From NCBI GenBank assembly GCA_013239625.1, contig MU053513.1, forward strand, positions 3,274,927 through 3,338,926: a stretch of 64,000 nucleotides of DNA, given 5' to 3'. The translations under genes were made by a program, and so were the position numbers. The first letter of the stretch is position 1. Every line of letters begins with the position of its first letter. The notes beneath the pieces are model-generated. The model saw only the letters and a program-made list of their open reading frames with translations. It had not been told where the DNA came from and did no database searches. Positions 13,761 to 24,900 of this stretch are shown one piece after another. The DNA is from Lama guanicoe. Taxonomy: Eukaryota.

Positions 13761-14879
13761 TAGATAGTATAATACTAATCTTCAAGAAGATGTGCATCTG
13801 ATTACATTCAAATGTTTATGGTTATCTCTGGGTGGTAGAATTACAGATGGTTTTCCTTTCTTACACTTTAGATAGAAACTAATTTTATAATCGAGTTATA
13901 AATGTATAAAATAAATAATTATATACATAGCTGCTTGCCGAAAAGAGCCTATACATATAATTATATTCTTAAACATTAGTATCAGTTATTATACAGTGTA
14001 AAATAGCCTCAAGCTATAATATAATTGTGTTTTCCTCCACAATAAATAATCCTAGCCTCTCTAATAATTGGAGACATTTACTTAGGTCTACCCATGTAAG
14101 CAGAACCTTCCAGTGGCCTGGCTCCACCTTCTACTCCTTAATTTAATTTCCAATTTTGGGGAAAATGTCAATCATGAAAGTTATCTGAGAACAGCAAATA
14201 ACCGAGTTTGTTAAGTCACTAGCCTTAGCATTATGTATAATAAGTTATCTCACTTTCCACTATTTTAAACTACATCAGCTTTGTAAATGGCTCCTTTTTT
14301 CTTTGATATTCAAAGGCTTTTTTTTCACTTCATATTTGTGTTTTAAATTTGTCAGACTAACAACAATTAAATGAGAAATAAGTAGATGAATAAAATCATA
14401 GACTTAAAAACAAAACACTGATGATGGATTAAAGAATAAAAATTTAAACTACACACTTGCATTGACTTACTGGAGTCTAAATTCCTCCCTATATGATACA
14501 ATGCTCCAACAGAAGATTCATATACTAAAATAGAACATGGAGATAAAATGATAATTCAAATACAGGAGTAATGCTTTTAAAGACATTTTAACACTTAGAA
14601 TCAATTGTGTTTCTGACACAGGAGCATAGAAGCTATAAAAAATGTTCTGAGTCTCAAAGTAATTCTTAGCAACTGCCAATATTTCCAAGTTATTCAGATT
14701 TATTGCAAAAAAATATACTTGGATAATGTTGTTTAAGCTTGATGCAGAAATGTCCTTTTCTTTTATGGGATGGAAGGGAATAGGATAATAGAAGAAACAG
14801 CCATTAAAAAGTTTGTAGTTTTTTACATTAAAAAAGTTTAGATTTTTATAAAACTCTACCCACAAAACATTGCTCATTA

Positions 14880-14934
14880 CACTTTAAAATAGTGAATATT
14901 ATGGCATGTGAATTATATCTCAATTTTTTAAAAA
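14880..14934 (+). mobile_element. Very short L1 3'-terminal insertion with TSD
   Basis: cactttaaaatagtgaatattatggcatgtgaattatatctcaattttttaaaaa flanked by ATTGCTCATTA at 14869-14879 and 14935-14945. Confidence 0.7.
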
Positions 14935-15214
14935 ATTGCTCATTATGCTACTTAATGTCCATTATTAAAAGGAGTCACATGACAGTGGCTTAACAAAAGA
15001 TCTGGAAACTTTAATTCCTGATAATCTAAGAATGCAGGAAAAACTTTAGGATAACCTAGAAAAATATATCATTAATTTGTCCCTTATATTTTTCCCTTTT
15101 AAGTACCACCTATCAATTGATCATTGGTTAAGTGCTAGATCCCAAAAATTTCATGTTCGAATTCTCTAAAATACTAATTTATTATTATAAATGCTTGATA
15201 TAAGACATAGAAGT

Positions 15215-16145
15215 AGGTGACTTGAGCAAGACGGTAGAATAGGAAGCACCAGACTCTCCTTCCCACACTGAGACACCGAATTAACAACAGAACACAGACC
15301 AATTCCCTTTGTGAGAAAGCTAAGAAACAGTTAAGTGGCTCCTGCACCACAAACAAGCATGGAACCAGCTGCATCAAAGCCAAAAGGAAAATTCATGGCA
15401 CGCACTCTCCAGAGCACCCCCTGCCCCATCCTGGGCACAGCATGATCAGGAGGAAACTCAAAACTCCCAGATTCCCCCAGGGGAGGGGTAAAGTTAGAGC
15501 CTGTGTCCAGCATTTGTGTTAGTCTTTTAGGGGGCTTCCCACGGGACTGGTTTCTGTATGCTCTCAAAGGGCACATTTCAATCTCATTTTATGAGGCCTG
15601 CATTATCCTGATACCAAAGTCAAACAAAAAGAAGACCACAGGCCAATATTCCTGATTAATGTAAATGCAAAAAAATCCTGAACAGAATACTAGCAAACTG
15701 AATCCAATAGCACGGTAAAAGGATTATACACCACAACCAATTGGGATTTATTCCTGGGATGCAAGATGGTTCAACATATAAAAATCAACCAATATGATTT
15801 ACCACACTAACAAGAACAAAGGGGGAAAAAAATCACATGATCATACCTGACAAAATTTAACACAATTTCATAGTAAAAACACTCAACAAATTAGAAATAA
15901 AATGAAATTACTCCAACATAATAAAAGTCATATATGACAAACCCATAGTTAACATCATACTAAATGATAAAAAAAAAAAAAAAGAAAACTAAGATCAGAA
16001 ACAAGGCAAGGATGCCTGCTCACACTACTGCTATTCAACATAGTACTGTAGCCCTACTAGAGCAATTAGGGAAGAAAAAGAAAAGGTATCACAATTAGAA
16101 AGGAAGAAGTAAAATTATGTCTGCTTGCAGATGACATAATCTTTT
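15215..16145 (+). mobile_element. L1 remnant: 5'UTR-like segment (about 15215-15575) joined to ORF2 reverse-transcriptase region (about 15577-16145)
   Basis: Begins gacttgagcaagacggtagaataggaagc (L1 5'-end-like). Then tcattttatgaggcctgcattatcctgataccaaa...gggatgcaagatggttcaacata...cttgcagatgacataat (RT, ADD motif) with frameshifts. Confidence 0.75.
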
Positions 16146-16552
16146 TTTGATGATACCTTCTATTAAATACGTTCATCTGAAAGAACCTTGCATAGCTCAA
16201 AAGAAGAATGACAGATAAGATCCTGCTGCTAGCCTTCTGGTCCTTATACTCCCAGAATTCTATCATGGTTAAACTTGTAAGTATAAATTAGAGAGATTAG
16301 ACATCAGACTTTGGTTTCCAAATGTCTAAAAACTTTGTATATGTGCTTATTATTCTTCTGTAAGTAACCATATTTCTAATATGCTTAATATAAATGATCT
16401 TCATTTAAAATTTTTAATTGTAATACTAGATATTTCATACTATCTGCCTCCCTTAGTCACAACTGAATAGCCTGAGTGGTAGACACTGTCCCAAGGACAA
16501 CTCATGTATACATTGGCCAGAGATCTTTGACTGAAAATAGCCTGGTTAAAAA

Positions 16553-17240
16553 ATAAACTTATCATATGTTGTAGCAATCCCACTCCTGGGCATGTATCCA
16601 TAGGAAACTCTAATTTGAAAAGGTACATGCACCCCAATGTTCACAGCAGCACTATTTACAATAGCCAAGACATGGAAACAACCTAAATGTCCATCTCCAG
16701 ATGAATGGATAAAGAAAATGTGGTATGTGTGTATATATATACATACATACACACACACACACAATGGAATACTGCTTAGCCATAAAAAAGAATAAAATAA
16801 TGCCATTTGCAGCAACATGGATGGACCTGGAGATTGTCATACTAAGTGAAGTAAGCCAGACAGAAAAAGACAAATATCATATGATATTACTTATATGGGG
16901 AATCTAAAAAAAGTGATATAAATGAACTTTTTTACAAAACAGAAACAGACTTGGAAAACAAGATTGCGGTTACAAGGGGAAAGGGAGAGGTGGAAGGATA
17001 AGCTGGGAGTTTGGAATTTACAGATATTAACTACTGTATATGAAACAGATAAACAGCAAGGTTCTACTGTATAGCACAGGAAACTATATTCAATATTTTG
17101 TAATAGCCAAGAATGAAAAAGAAGATGAAAAGGAATAAATATATATATAAATGTATAACTGAATCACTATGCTGTACACCAGAAATTAACACAACATTGT
17201 AAACCAACGATACTTCAATTTTTTTTAATTAAAAACTTAA
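16553..17240 (+). mobile_element. 5'-truncated L1 (ORF2 C-terminus plus 3'UTR) with degenerate TSD
   Basis: Encodes IMPFAATWMDLEIVILSEVSQTEKDKYHM (L1 ORF2-end/3'UTR signature); flanked by aaaatagcctggttaaaaa (16534-16552) and aaaatagtctagttaaaaa (17241-17259). Confidence 0.9.
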
Positions 17241-18659
17241 AAAATAGTCTAGTTAAAAACTGAGGTTAAAAAATCACTTAAATTTTTTAAATTTTTATTT
17301 GAAAAAATGTTTAATTGAAGCATAGTTGATATATAATAATATATGTTATAGGTGTATAATACAGTGATTCACAATTTTTAAAAGTTATATTTCACTTATA
17401 GTTACTATAAACTATTGGCTGTAAAAATTTGAATTAAATTTTTGATTAGATGCCATGAGGTAGAGCTAAGTCTGACCAACTGTAGCTCTGTGGAAACCAA
17501 AGTTCTGAGAGAATCAGAATTATGAGTCTAAGTGTTTCTGGAAGGTTGCCTCAGTCATGAAGAGAAGAGTCACTTTGCCATGTATTTTAGGATAAAATTC
17601 ACTTTGCCATGTATTTTCGGATACCCCTTAAAACTGACACAGAGCTATTAAATACACATTTAAGTTACCATATAATATATACACATACTTTTCATTCTGC
17701 CTTTGGAAAGGCACACTGTTCCTACTCATACTTAAAAGTCAGGAAATACCCCTTTTTAAAATTTTGTTTTTATTTTTATCTTCTTTTAAATATGTAAATC
17801 AATATTAAAGATCAATGGTATTGAGAATGGTAAAGCCTGGCAAAAGGGCTACTATAAACTTTAAAGCGTAGATAGAATTTTTACAAACAATAATTTAATG
17901 TAATTATGTAGAAACTGTACTATTGAAATCATCAGAAGTCCATCCTAATCTAATGACAGCTGTTTTATGGTTTACTGAGATTATACAAACACATGCCTCA
18001 CCTGTGACTTACCTATAGAACTCATCTCTGGTGAACCTGCTTACCAGGCCAAGTTTGTCCTAGGCGCCGTCCTTAGTCACCTCTCAGTTGTCTAGCACTG
18101 TCATGCTACATCCTTTGTACTTTCCCAATCCTTTAGCCATTGCTCTGGGATTTTCCTGATAAGATTCCCCCTTAGCAAAATGTAGCTGCACTGAGCCCAG
18201 CCAGATTAACAGGCTTAGGCATCTAATAAAAATAAATTTACCTAAAGGATTAATGAGTGGTAACAGTTTCACGTGTAAACCTTCCAGATAACACCTGAAA
18301 TGCCTGAACCTAAAGGAACAACTGAAAATTTCAGGCAGCATTTGAGACCTGTAAACTTTTGGCCTACTCACAACACATGGAGGTCAACATGCTATCTAGG
18401 TCTAGGGAATTCAGTCTTAAGGACTGAGAAGAGCAGTAAGATATTAATTTGAAACTCACAATTTCTCAATCATTAGGGTATAATGTATAGGACATTCTTC
18501 TTTAAATCAGGACATTTATAAGAGCTGTTGAATATATTTTCAGTGCCATTAGGCCTCTAATGATTTTACTGAGGGATTTTCCATGAACATGTGATGCATA
18601 AACTACACTCTGGCACAGATGTTATACCAAAGTCTGAAGGCAGCCGAGCACAGAGACAA

Positions 18660-18880
18660 AGGACGTGGACTGTGGACTCAGCCTTCGTTCAAATCATTGC
18701 TATTCACTAACTATATGACCTCCGGCGAGTGGCTTAACCAATCCAAGCTCCAGATTCCTCAACCATAAAACAAGGATGATAATAGACAATCATGAGGATT
18801 AAATGAGAAAATGCACATAAAGCACTTGACTGGCACAGTCTAAGTACATAAGAACTCTCTATATTAGTTGTTACTAATCA
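18660..18880 (+). mobile_element. MIR SINE
   Basis: cactaactatatgacctccggcgagtggcttaacc...ctccagattcctcaaccataaaacaaggatgataatag...gaggattaaatgagaaaatgcacataaagcactt matches the MIR core. Confidence 0.8.
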
Positions 18881-19289
18881 GTAGATTGGATACTGAATAT
18901 GTTTTTGATATTTTCCATTAGTAGTGGCTATAATTAAAAAAATGTTTAAACTAATACAGTACCAATATTGACTTAATATGTTCTGGTTATTATATTCAAA
19001 ATGAAAATGATTTCATTATTTTTTCTGATGACAAAAAATCTAATCAGATATTTCAACCATAAGAAAATTATAAAAGAAAAGGGGGGAAATCACTCAGATT
19101 TATACATGTAAAGATCCACAGTTATTACTTTAATAATAACATTTTTTTCCAAAGCAGGATTAATCTACCATCTGTGTATTTCTGATTTTGAGATATAATC
19201 ATAGAGCCCTTGTTTCTTGACTTCCATTCATAAACTAGCCGTGAAAATGGAATGGTAGCTCTCTCTTCTTGGAGAATCAGTAGAGAGAA

Positions 19290-19500
19290 GTAAAGCCTCT
19301 GGCACCATCCTCCCTGGGTTCAAATCCAGCTTTACTAATTACTAGACATAGCATCTTGGGTAAACCACTTAAGCTCTGCATCTCAGTTTCCTTATCTGTG
19401 AAGCGAAGTTGCTGGAAGGATTAAAGGAGTTAATATAGAAAGTGCTTAAAATAGTACCTGGTACATAGTAAGAAGTACGTAAGAATTAACCATTATTATA
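19290..19500 (+). mobile_element. MIR SINE
   Basis: cctgggttcaaatccagctttact...cttgggtaaaccacttaagctctgcatctcagtttccttatctgtgaa...agtgcttaaaatagtacctggtacatagtaag. Confidence 0.8.
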
Positions 19501-19676
19501 TATGGTCATACAAAGGTACCTAGAATATATTTTTATATGGATAAAAAGAAGCTCATAGAACCAGGTAGATATAATATTTCCCATTTATATAAAAAGAACA
19601 AAGTATATAATAATACATCTATTAATTCACATAAGCATAAAAATATTTAAGAGGCTCTATATAAAACTGCTAATGT

Positions 19677-20074
19677 GAGGCTAAGTGAAATAAGTCAGGC
19701 AGAGAAAGACAAATACTGTATGGTATCACTTATATGTGGAATCTAAAAAATAAAACAAACTAGTAACTATAACAAAAGGAAACAGATTCACAGATCTAAC
19801 AAAGTAGTGTTCCCAGTGGGGAGAGGGAAGGGGGGAGGGGCAACATGGGGATAGGGGACTAAGAGGTACAAACAATTATGTATTAAAAAATAAGCTACAA
19901 GGATATGTTGTACAACACGGGGAACATAGCCAGTTATTTTATAATAACTATAAATGGAGTATCACCTTTAAAAATTATGAATCACTATATTGTACATTTG
20001 TAACATACAATATTGTACATCTACTATACTTCAAATTTAAAAACTAAATAATTAAAAATTGTATTTTAATCAAA
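19677..20074 (+). mobile_element. 5'-truncated L1 3'UTR with perfect 14-bp TSD
   Basis: gctaagtgaaataagtcaggcagagaaagacaaatactgtatgg...ctactatacttcaa plus tail; AAAACTGCTAATGT at 19663-19676 and 20075-20088. Confidence 0.9.
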
Positions 20075-20180
20075 AAAACTGCTAATGTAGTTAGGAGGGA
20101 TTTTCACTGGCTCTATAATGTTTCAATTTTTTACAACCTTTATGTGTAGTATTATTAAGCAATCAATAAAAATAGTTCAA

Positions 20181-20468
20181 TTACAGACTTGTGGTTACCA
20201 GGGGGGTGGAGGGTGGGAAGGGATAGACTGGGATTTCAAAATTGTAGAATAGATAAACAAGATTACACTGTATAGCACAGGGAAATATACACAAAATGTT
20301 ATGATAAATCACAGAGGAAAAAAATGTGACAATGAGTGTGTATATGTCCATGAATGACTGAAAAATTGTGCTGAACACTGGAATTTGACACAACATTGTA
20401 AAATGATTATAAATCAATAAAAAATGTTAACAAAAAAATAAAAAATAAACAAATAAACAAAAAAAATA
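20181..20468 (+). mobile_element. Young-looking L1 3'UTR fragment with long A-rich tail
   Basis: cagacttgtggttaccaggggg...ctgtatagcacagggaaatatacacaa...ataaatcaataaaaaatgttaa followed by an A-rich tail. Resembles camelid L1 3' ends as recalled. Confidence 0.8.
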
Positions 20469-21299
20469 TATTTTTTTGAGGTACAGAAAATAAAAAGAAA
20501 GTAGAGGAAAGCAACAAAACTCTTGGTTTTCAGAAAGATGACAGTAGTTATTAGGTTTTCATGCTATCCTAGAAAAAGAGAATTTAGAGTTTATAAAATA
20601 AAATATTAGTGGAAGTATATTACAGCAAATCTAAAGTTATAATTTCCCATTACTAAAGAGACATCATTCATGTTATGTAAAGAAAAATATGCAAAGGGAA
20701 AAAAAGAAAACATTTAAGTATCCTGAAAATTGCTAATAAATACAGCCAAGGTTATTAAATTTAACAGAAAGGTGACTAATGCATTAACTACTAAATAATG
20801 ATAAAACAATCTTAACATATTTCTGTTTCATTTTACTGGGACAAGGCTGCCATAACAAGCTTGAAGTACTCTGAATGTCCCAAATTTACATATTCTGCCT
20901 AATATAGAGAGGAATAATCTCTATACAACTTACAATTCTAAAACAAAGTTTCTAAATTTAGTTTAATATTGTATGATGTCTCTCCTCTCTGAGAATTAAT
21001 ACAGTGACTATTGGCAGGCCTCTCAACCTATCTAAGCCTGTGTCCTCAACTAAAATAGGGAAAATATTCTGTGAGGATTAAGTGAGAACATGCAGAACAT
21101 GAGAACAACAGTACTTGAATTTTTTCATTCTGTCATTATCTCTTTGTTACATGATAGCTTAAAAAGAATAATTAATCTGATTATTATTATTTTGTCTAAT
21201 GTATAAACTGTGATTTTAGCTCTTGATTAACATACATACTAGCTTGAACTGAACTCCTAGAAAGTTAAAAATATTATATCTTAGCTCTCACACATGCCA

Positions 21300-21559
21300 T
21301 TTCTGCCTAACATGGCCAAATGTCACCAGTTACATATAATATCTCAAATTTCTGACCTATGCTGATGACAGATCTCCAGCTATTGTGATGTCATCCAGTA
21401 CTTGAATGGTAATATTTCACATGATATTTTTTCTGGCTACAGTTTAAAGGGCACTTCCTGTCTGTGCAGTAAAGCCTACCACATTATCAAAATATGTAAC
21501 TGAAGGATTACAGTATGACTTCCTGTGATTTTACTTCTATATCGTTGCCTTAAGTAGCA
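21300..21559 (+). promoter_or_regulatory. Putative ASB17 proximal promoter / 5' UTR (non-CpG-island)
   Basis: Apparently repeat-free sequence directly 5' of the ATG. Contains CRE-like TGATGTCA (21386-21393), two ACTTCCTGT ETS-type motifs (21453-21461, 21518-21526) and MYB-type TAACTG on both strands (21327-21332 minus, 21497-21502 plus). TSS not determinable. Confidence 0.45.
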
Positions 21560-21957
21560 ATGAGTAAATCTTCTAAATTATGTCGTAAAACTGCTCTAGG
21601 AAGCAATATATTCTGCAATCTCATTGACAAAATTGTTAAAAGACCATCTTTGCATTTTTTGGGACAGTGGGGATATCACTGTTATGAACCCAGGATTTAC
21701 AGAACACTGGCAAAAATTCTGAGGTATGTCGACTTGGAAGGGTTTGACATTCTACTCACAGATTACATTGCATTTGTGGAAAAATCAGGATACCGTTTTG
21801 AACTAAATTTTAATCTTGAATTTACTGAAATATGTGTGAATACAATTCTGTACTGGGTTTTCGCCAGAAAAGGTAATCCTGACTTTGTGGAATTGCTTCT
21901 CAAGAAGACAAAAGACTATGTTCAAGACAGAAGTTGTAACCTGGCACTGATATGGAG
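21560..21957 (+). CDS. ASB17: ASB17 coding exon 1 (398 nt from ATG, ends in phase 2)
   Basis: ATG at 21560; ORF-track entry 21560..21961; donor TGGAG|GTAATA with GT at 21958-21959. Confidence 0.96.
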
Positions 21958-24900
21958 GTAATAATCTCATATGTATTTCACTATAAAAGGAGAAAATTTC
22001 TCTTTAGGATATTATACTACGTTTTTCTAAAATGTATATGTATAGTGACCATATATGGATAAGGAATCCTGATTTGATTGCTCATTCATTTGTTCACTCT
22101 TTCATTCCTTCATTATTTATTCAATAAGTTTTTGCCTAAATGTATATTATTATGTAACAATAAATAACTAGCAGTTTGCTCTATAAAACTTACATGTTAG
22201 TGCACAAGGTAATGCAATGTTAGACAACTTAGATTTCTCTAATTAGTCAAAAATATAGTTTTGTATAATACTGTGATCTCTTCTTTTTGAAATTACTGAG
22301 AATGTATAATGATAGTATATATATATAAACTGACTTTTAAAAGTGATTCGGAATATTCACACATATTCACCTAGTAATACTTATTAAGCATTATAATTCC
22401 CTATTTTTAGTTAAACATTGATAAATTTGACTCTAAATTCTCCAAAATTGAACACAATGAAAGTCAAATACATGATTCATTCTGTTATAAAGCCGAATTT
22501 TCACATTCTGAACATGACAATCTAGCTAAGGAATATTACTGAGGATCTTATGAGAATAAAATATCCAATATGACTTCTTTCTAGTCTGTAATACAAATTT
22601 TAAAATCACATAGTTTGCATTAGCTCCAATTTACTTCTAGGTTTTAGCTATTAGTTTGATTAGAACAGACATGCATTTGTTCATTCAACAAGGTATTTAC
22701 CACCTTACTATATATGAGGCACTGCACTAGACACAATGATAGAACCATGTATACAATGAAAAACAAGACAGATAAGATCAGTTTCAGACTACACCAATTT
22801 AGATTGCATCTGAAGCAGAGTTGTGTATCACTGCAGTTTTGGAGAACCACTGGATTACTTTCCGTAATGATAACCCAGGTACATAAACTGATAGCTGAAG
22901 TCTGGAATATCAATAAATAAAACCCCCAAATAGCACTTTTTGATTGCTTTAAGGACCAATATATTTGTAACTATAGCAGAGATCAGCAGCTTCTAACACT
23001 GAGTGTCACTAGCTGGGCTAAGTAATGCCTGTGTGTATCCCTGGCAGGTCCATGGGAAAGAAAAACGGAGTAAAACAGAGGAAAAGAGGATAAATTTTAA
23101 AAAAAACTGATAGAGAGCAAGAGGGGAAAATTGAAAGGAATGGAAAAAATGAAAGAAAAAGAAACACAGTGGAAAATGATAGAGTGCCATTAACAACTGC
23201 CTTAAGTAATAAATTGTTTTAAAATTAATAAATTTTGACTTAGATGTATCCACAAAGTAAAACACATTACAGGTCAATTCTATGTACTGCAACATCTTTT
23301 GGATATTTCAGAGTTACAGAATTTTAAGTTCAGATGGAACCCGACTTCATTAGCAAACGTCCCCAACTCCCGTTCTGGGAATTAGCTCCTGTAAAGCATC
23401 TCTAGTTGCTGTTCATCTGGTCTCTGCTTGAACAGCTCTAGTAGTAGTGAGCTAACTATTTCCTTAAGTAAATCATTCCTTTCCCAGGGACCCTTCTCTT
23501 TCCTGACTCCCCACTTTCCCTCAAAGATTTTACCCGCTCCCATGGCTTTAAATATTATGATATGCCAGTAACTCCCAAATCTTAATTTCCAGCCCTGACC
23601 CCTCCTGTGACCTCCAGACTCCTCCTATATCAGGATGTCTGCTCAACATCTCCACAGAGCATCTCAAATTTAACAGAAACAAAACAGAATATTGATCTAA
23701 CTCACCCTCTCCCTGCCAACTTGCTCCTTCCACTGAATTCTCCACTTGATTAACAGCCTCTGTTGCTCAAGCCAGAAATTTAGGATCTATTCTTGATTCT
23801 TCTCTTTCTTCCACAGCACATCAGCAAATCCTTTTGACCTTATCTCTAAAACATATCCTAAGTAGTTATATTTTTCATCTCCTTCATTTCTAACCTAGGT
23901 GAAGTCACCATTACCTCTTGCCTCAAAAACTCCAATAGATTCCTAAAGAGTCTTCCAGCTTCCATTCTTTCCTCTCAACCCTTATAATTTATTCTTGACT
24001 CAAAAGATTGAGTGATCTCATAAAAATGTAAAATAGGTCATATTACCCAGGCTTAAAATCCTCCAGAGTTTCCCCATACAAGTGGAATAAAACTCAAGTT
24101 CAATATCCACTTTTAAAAAGTCTCACAGGATCTGGCCCCAAATCCAACCTCCAAAGTCCAATCTCATGTCATTCTCCATCTTGAACACTATATTCCAAAC
24201 ACACATTGGTTTGTTTACTATCTACTCTTGCTAAAAGTAAGCTCCATGAAAAGAGGAACTTTGACTGCTTCTTCAGCATTGAATCCTCAGTGCCTAGAAC
24301 TATGCAGATACATAGCAAGTGGTTAATCAAGATTATGTTGGATGAAAAAGTGAATTTTCATTCAGGTTTATTAAATTCTTCTTCCTCACAGTGCACTAAA
24401 TTCTGTCTCCATTTCTCCAACTCTGTCCCCAGAGCTATAGAGAACAAAGCCCATTCATTCTCTTTCCTATATGATAACTTCTCAAATATTTGAACACAGT
24501 TATTATGTCCCCATAATGAATATCTTATGTTTCCTATTGTCTGTTCCTTTATTTCTATAACAACATCATTCCTTTTTCACCTTCCCCTGTATACACTCTA
24601 GTTTGATAATTTCCCTAATATAATAATGAAGTGTCTAAATAGGTCCCTGGAGGAGAAGAGAGAGAATTAATGAGGCAAAGGAATTTAATTCTGTTCATTT
24701 TTACAATAAACCTTCAATAAACACAACTGTATGACAGACTGTAAGTAAAGATGATGTCATTCAGTTAAAATAATAATCATTTATTAGGCACCAGGCATTG
24801 TGTTATTTGTTGAGGATACAAATACAAAGTAGACATATTTCCTGATTTTGGAGAGTTCACAGACTAGTAAGTGAGACATACAAAAAATTATAATTATACT

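Noticed and set aside
223..15576. Many 60-120 aa ORFs upstream of ASB17
   Set aside because: Low-complexity F/L/I/K-rich translations typical of AT-rich or repeat DNA; no consistent splice structure or protein family resemblance.
18007..18014. Perfect minus-strand donor AG|GTAAGT suggesting an antisense lncRNA exon upstream of ASB17
   Set aside because: An isolated 8-mer is expected by chance in 64 kb; no matching exon chain can be supported without transcript data.
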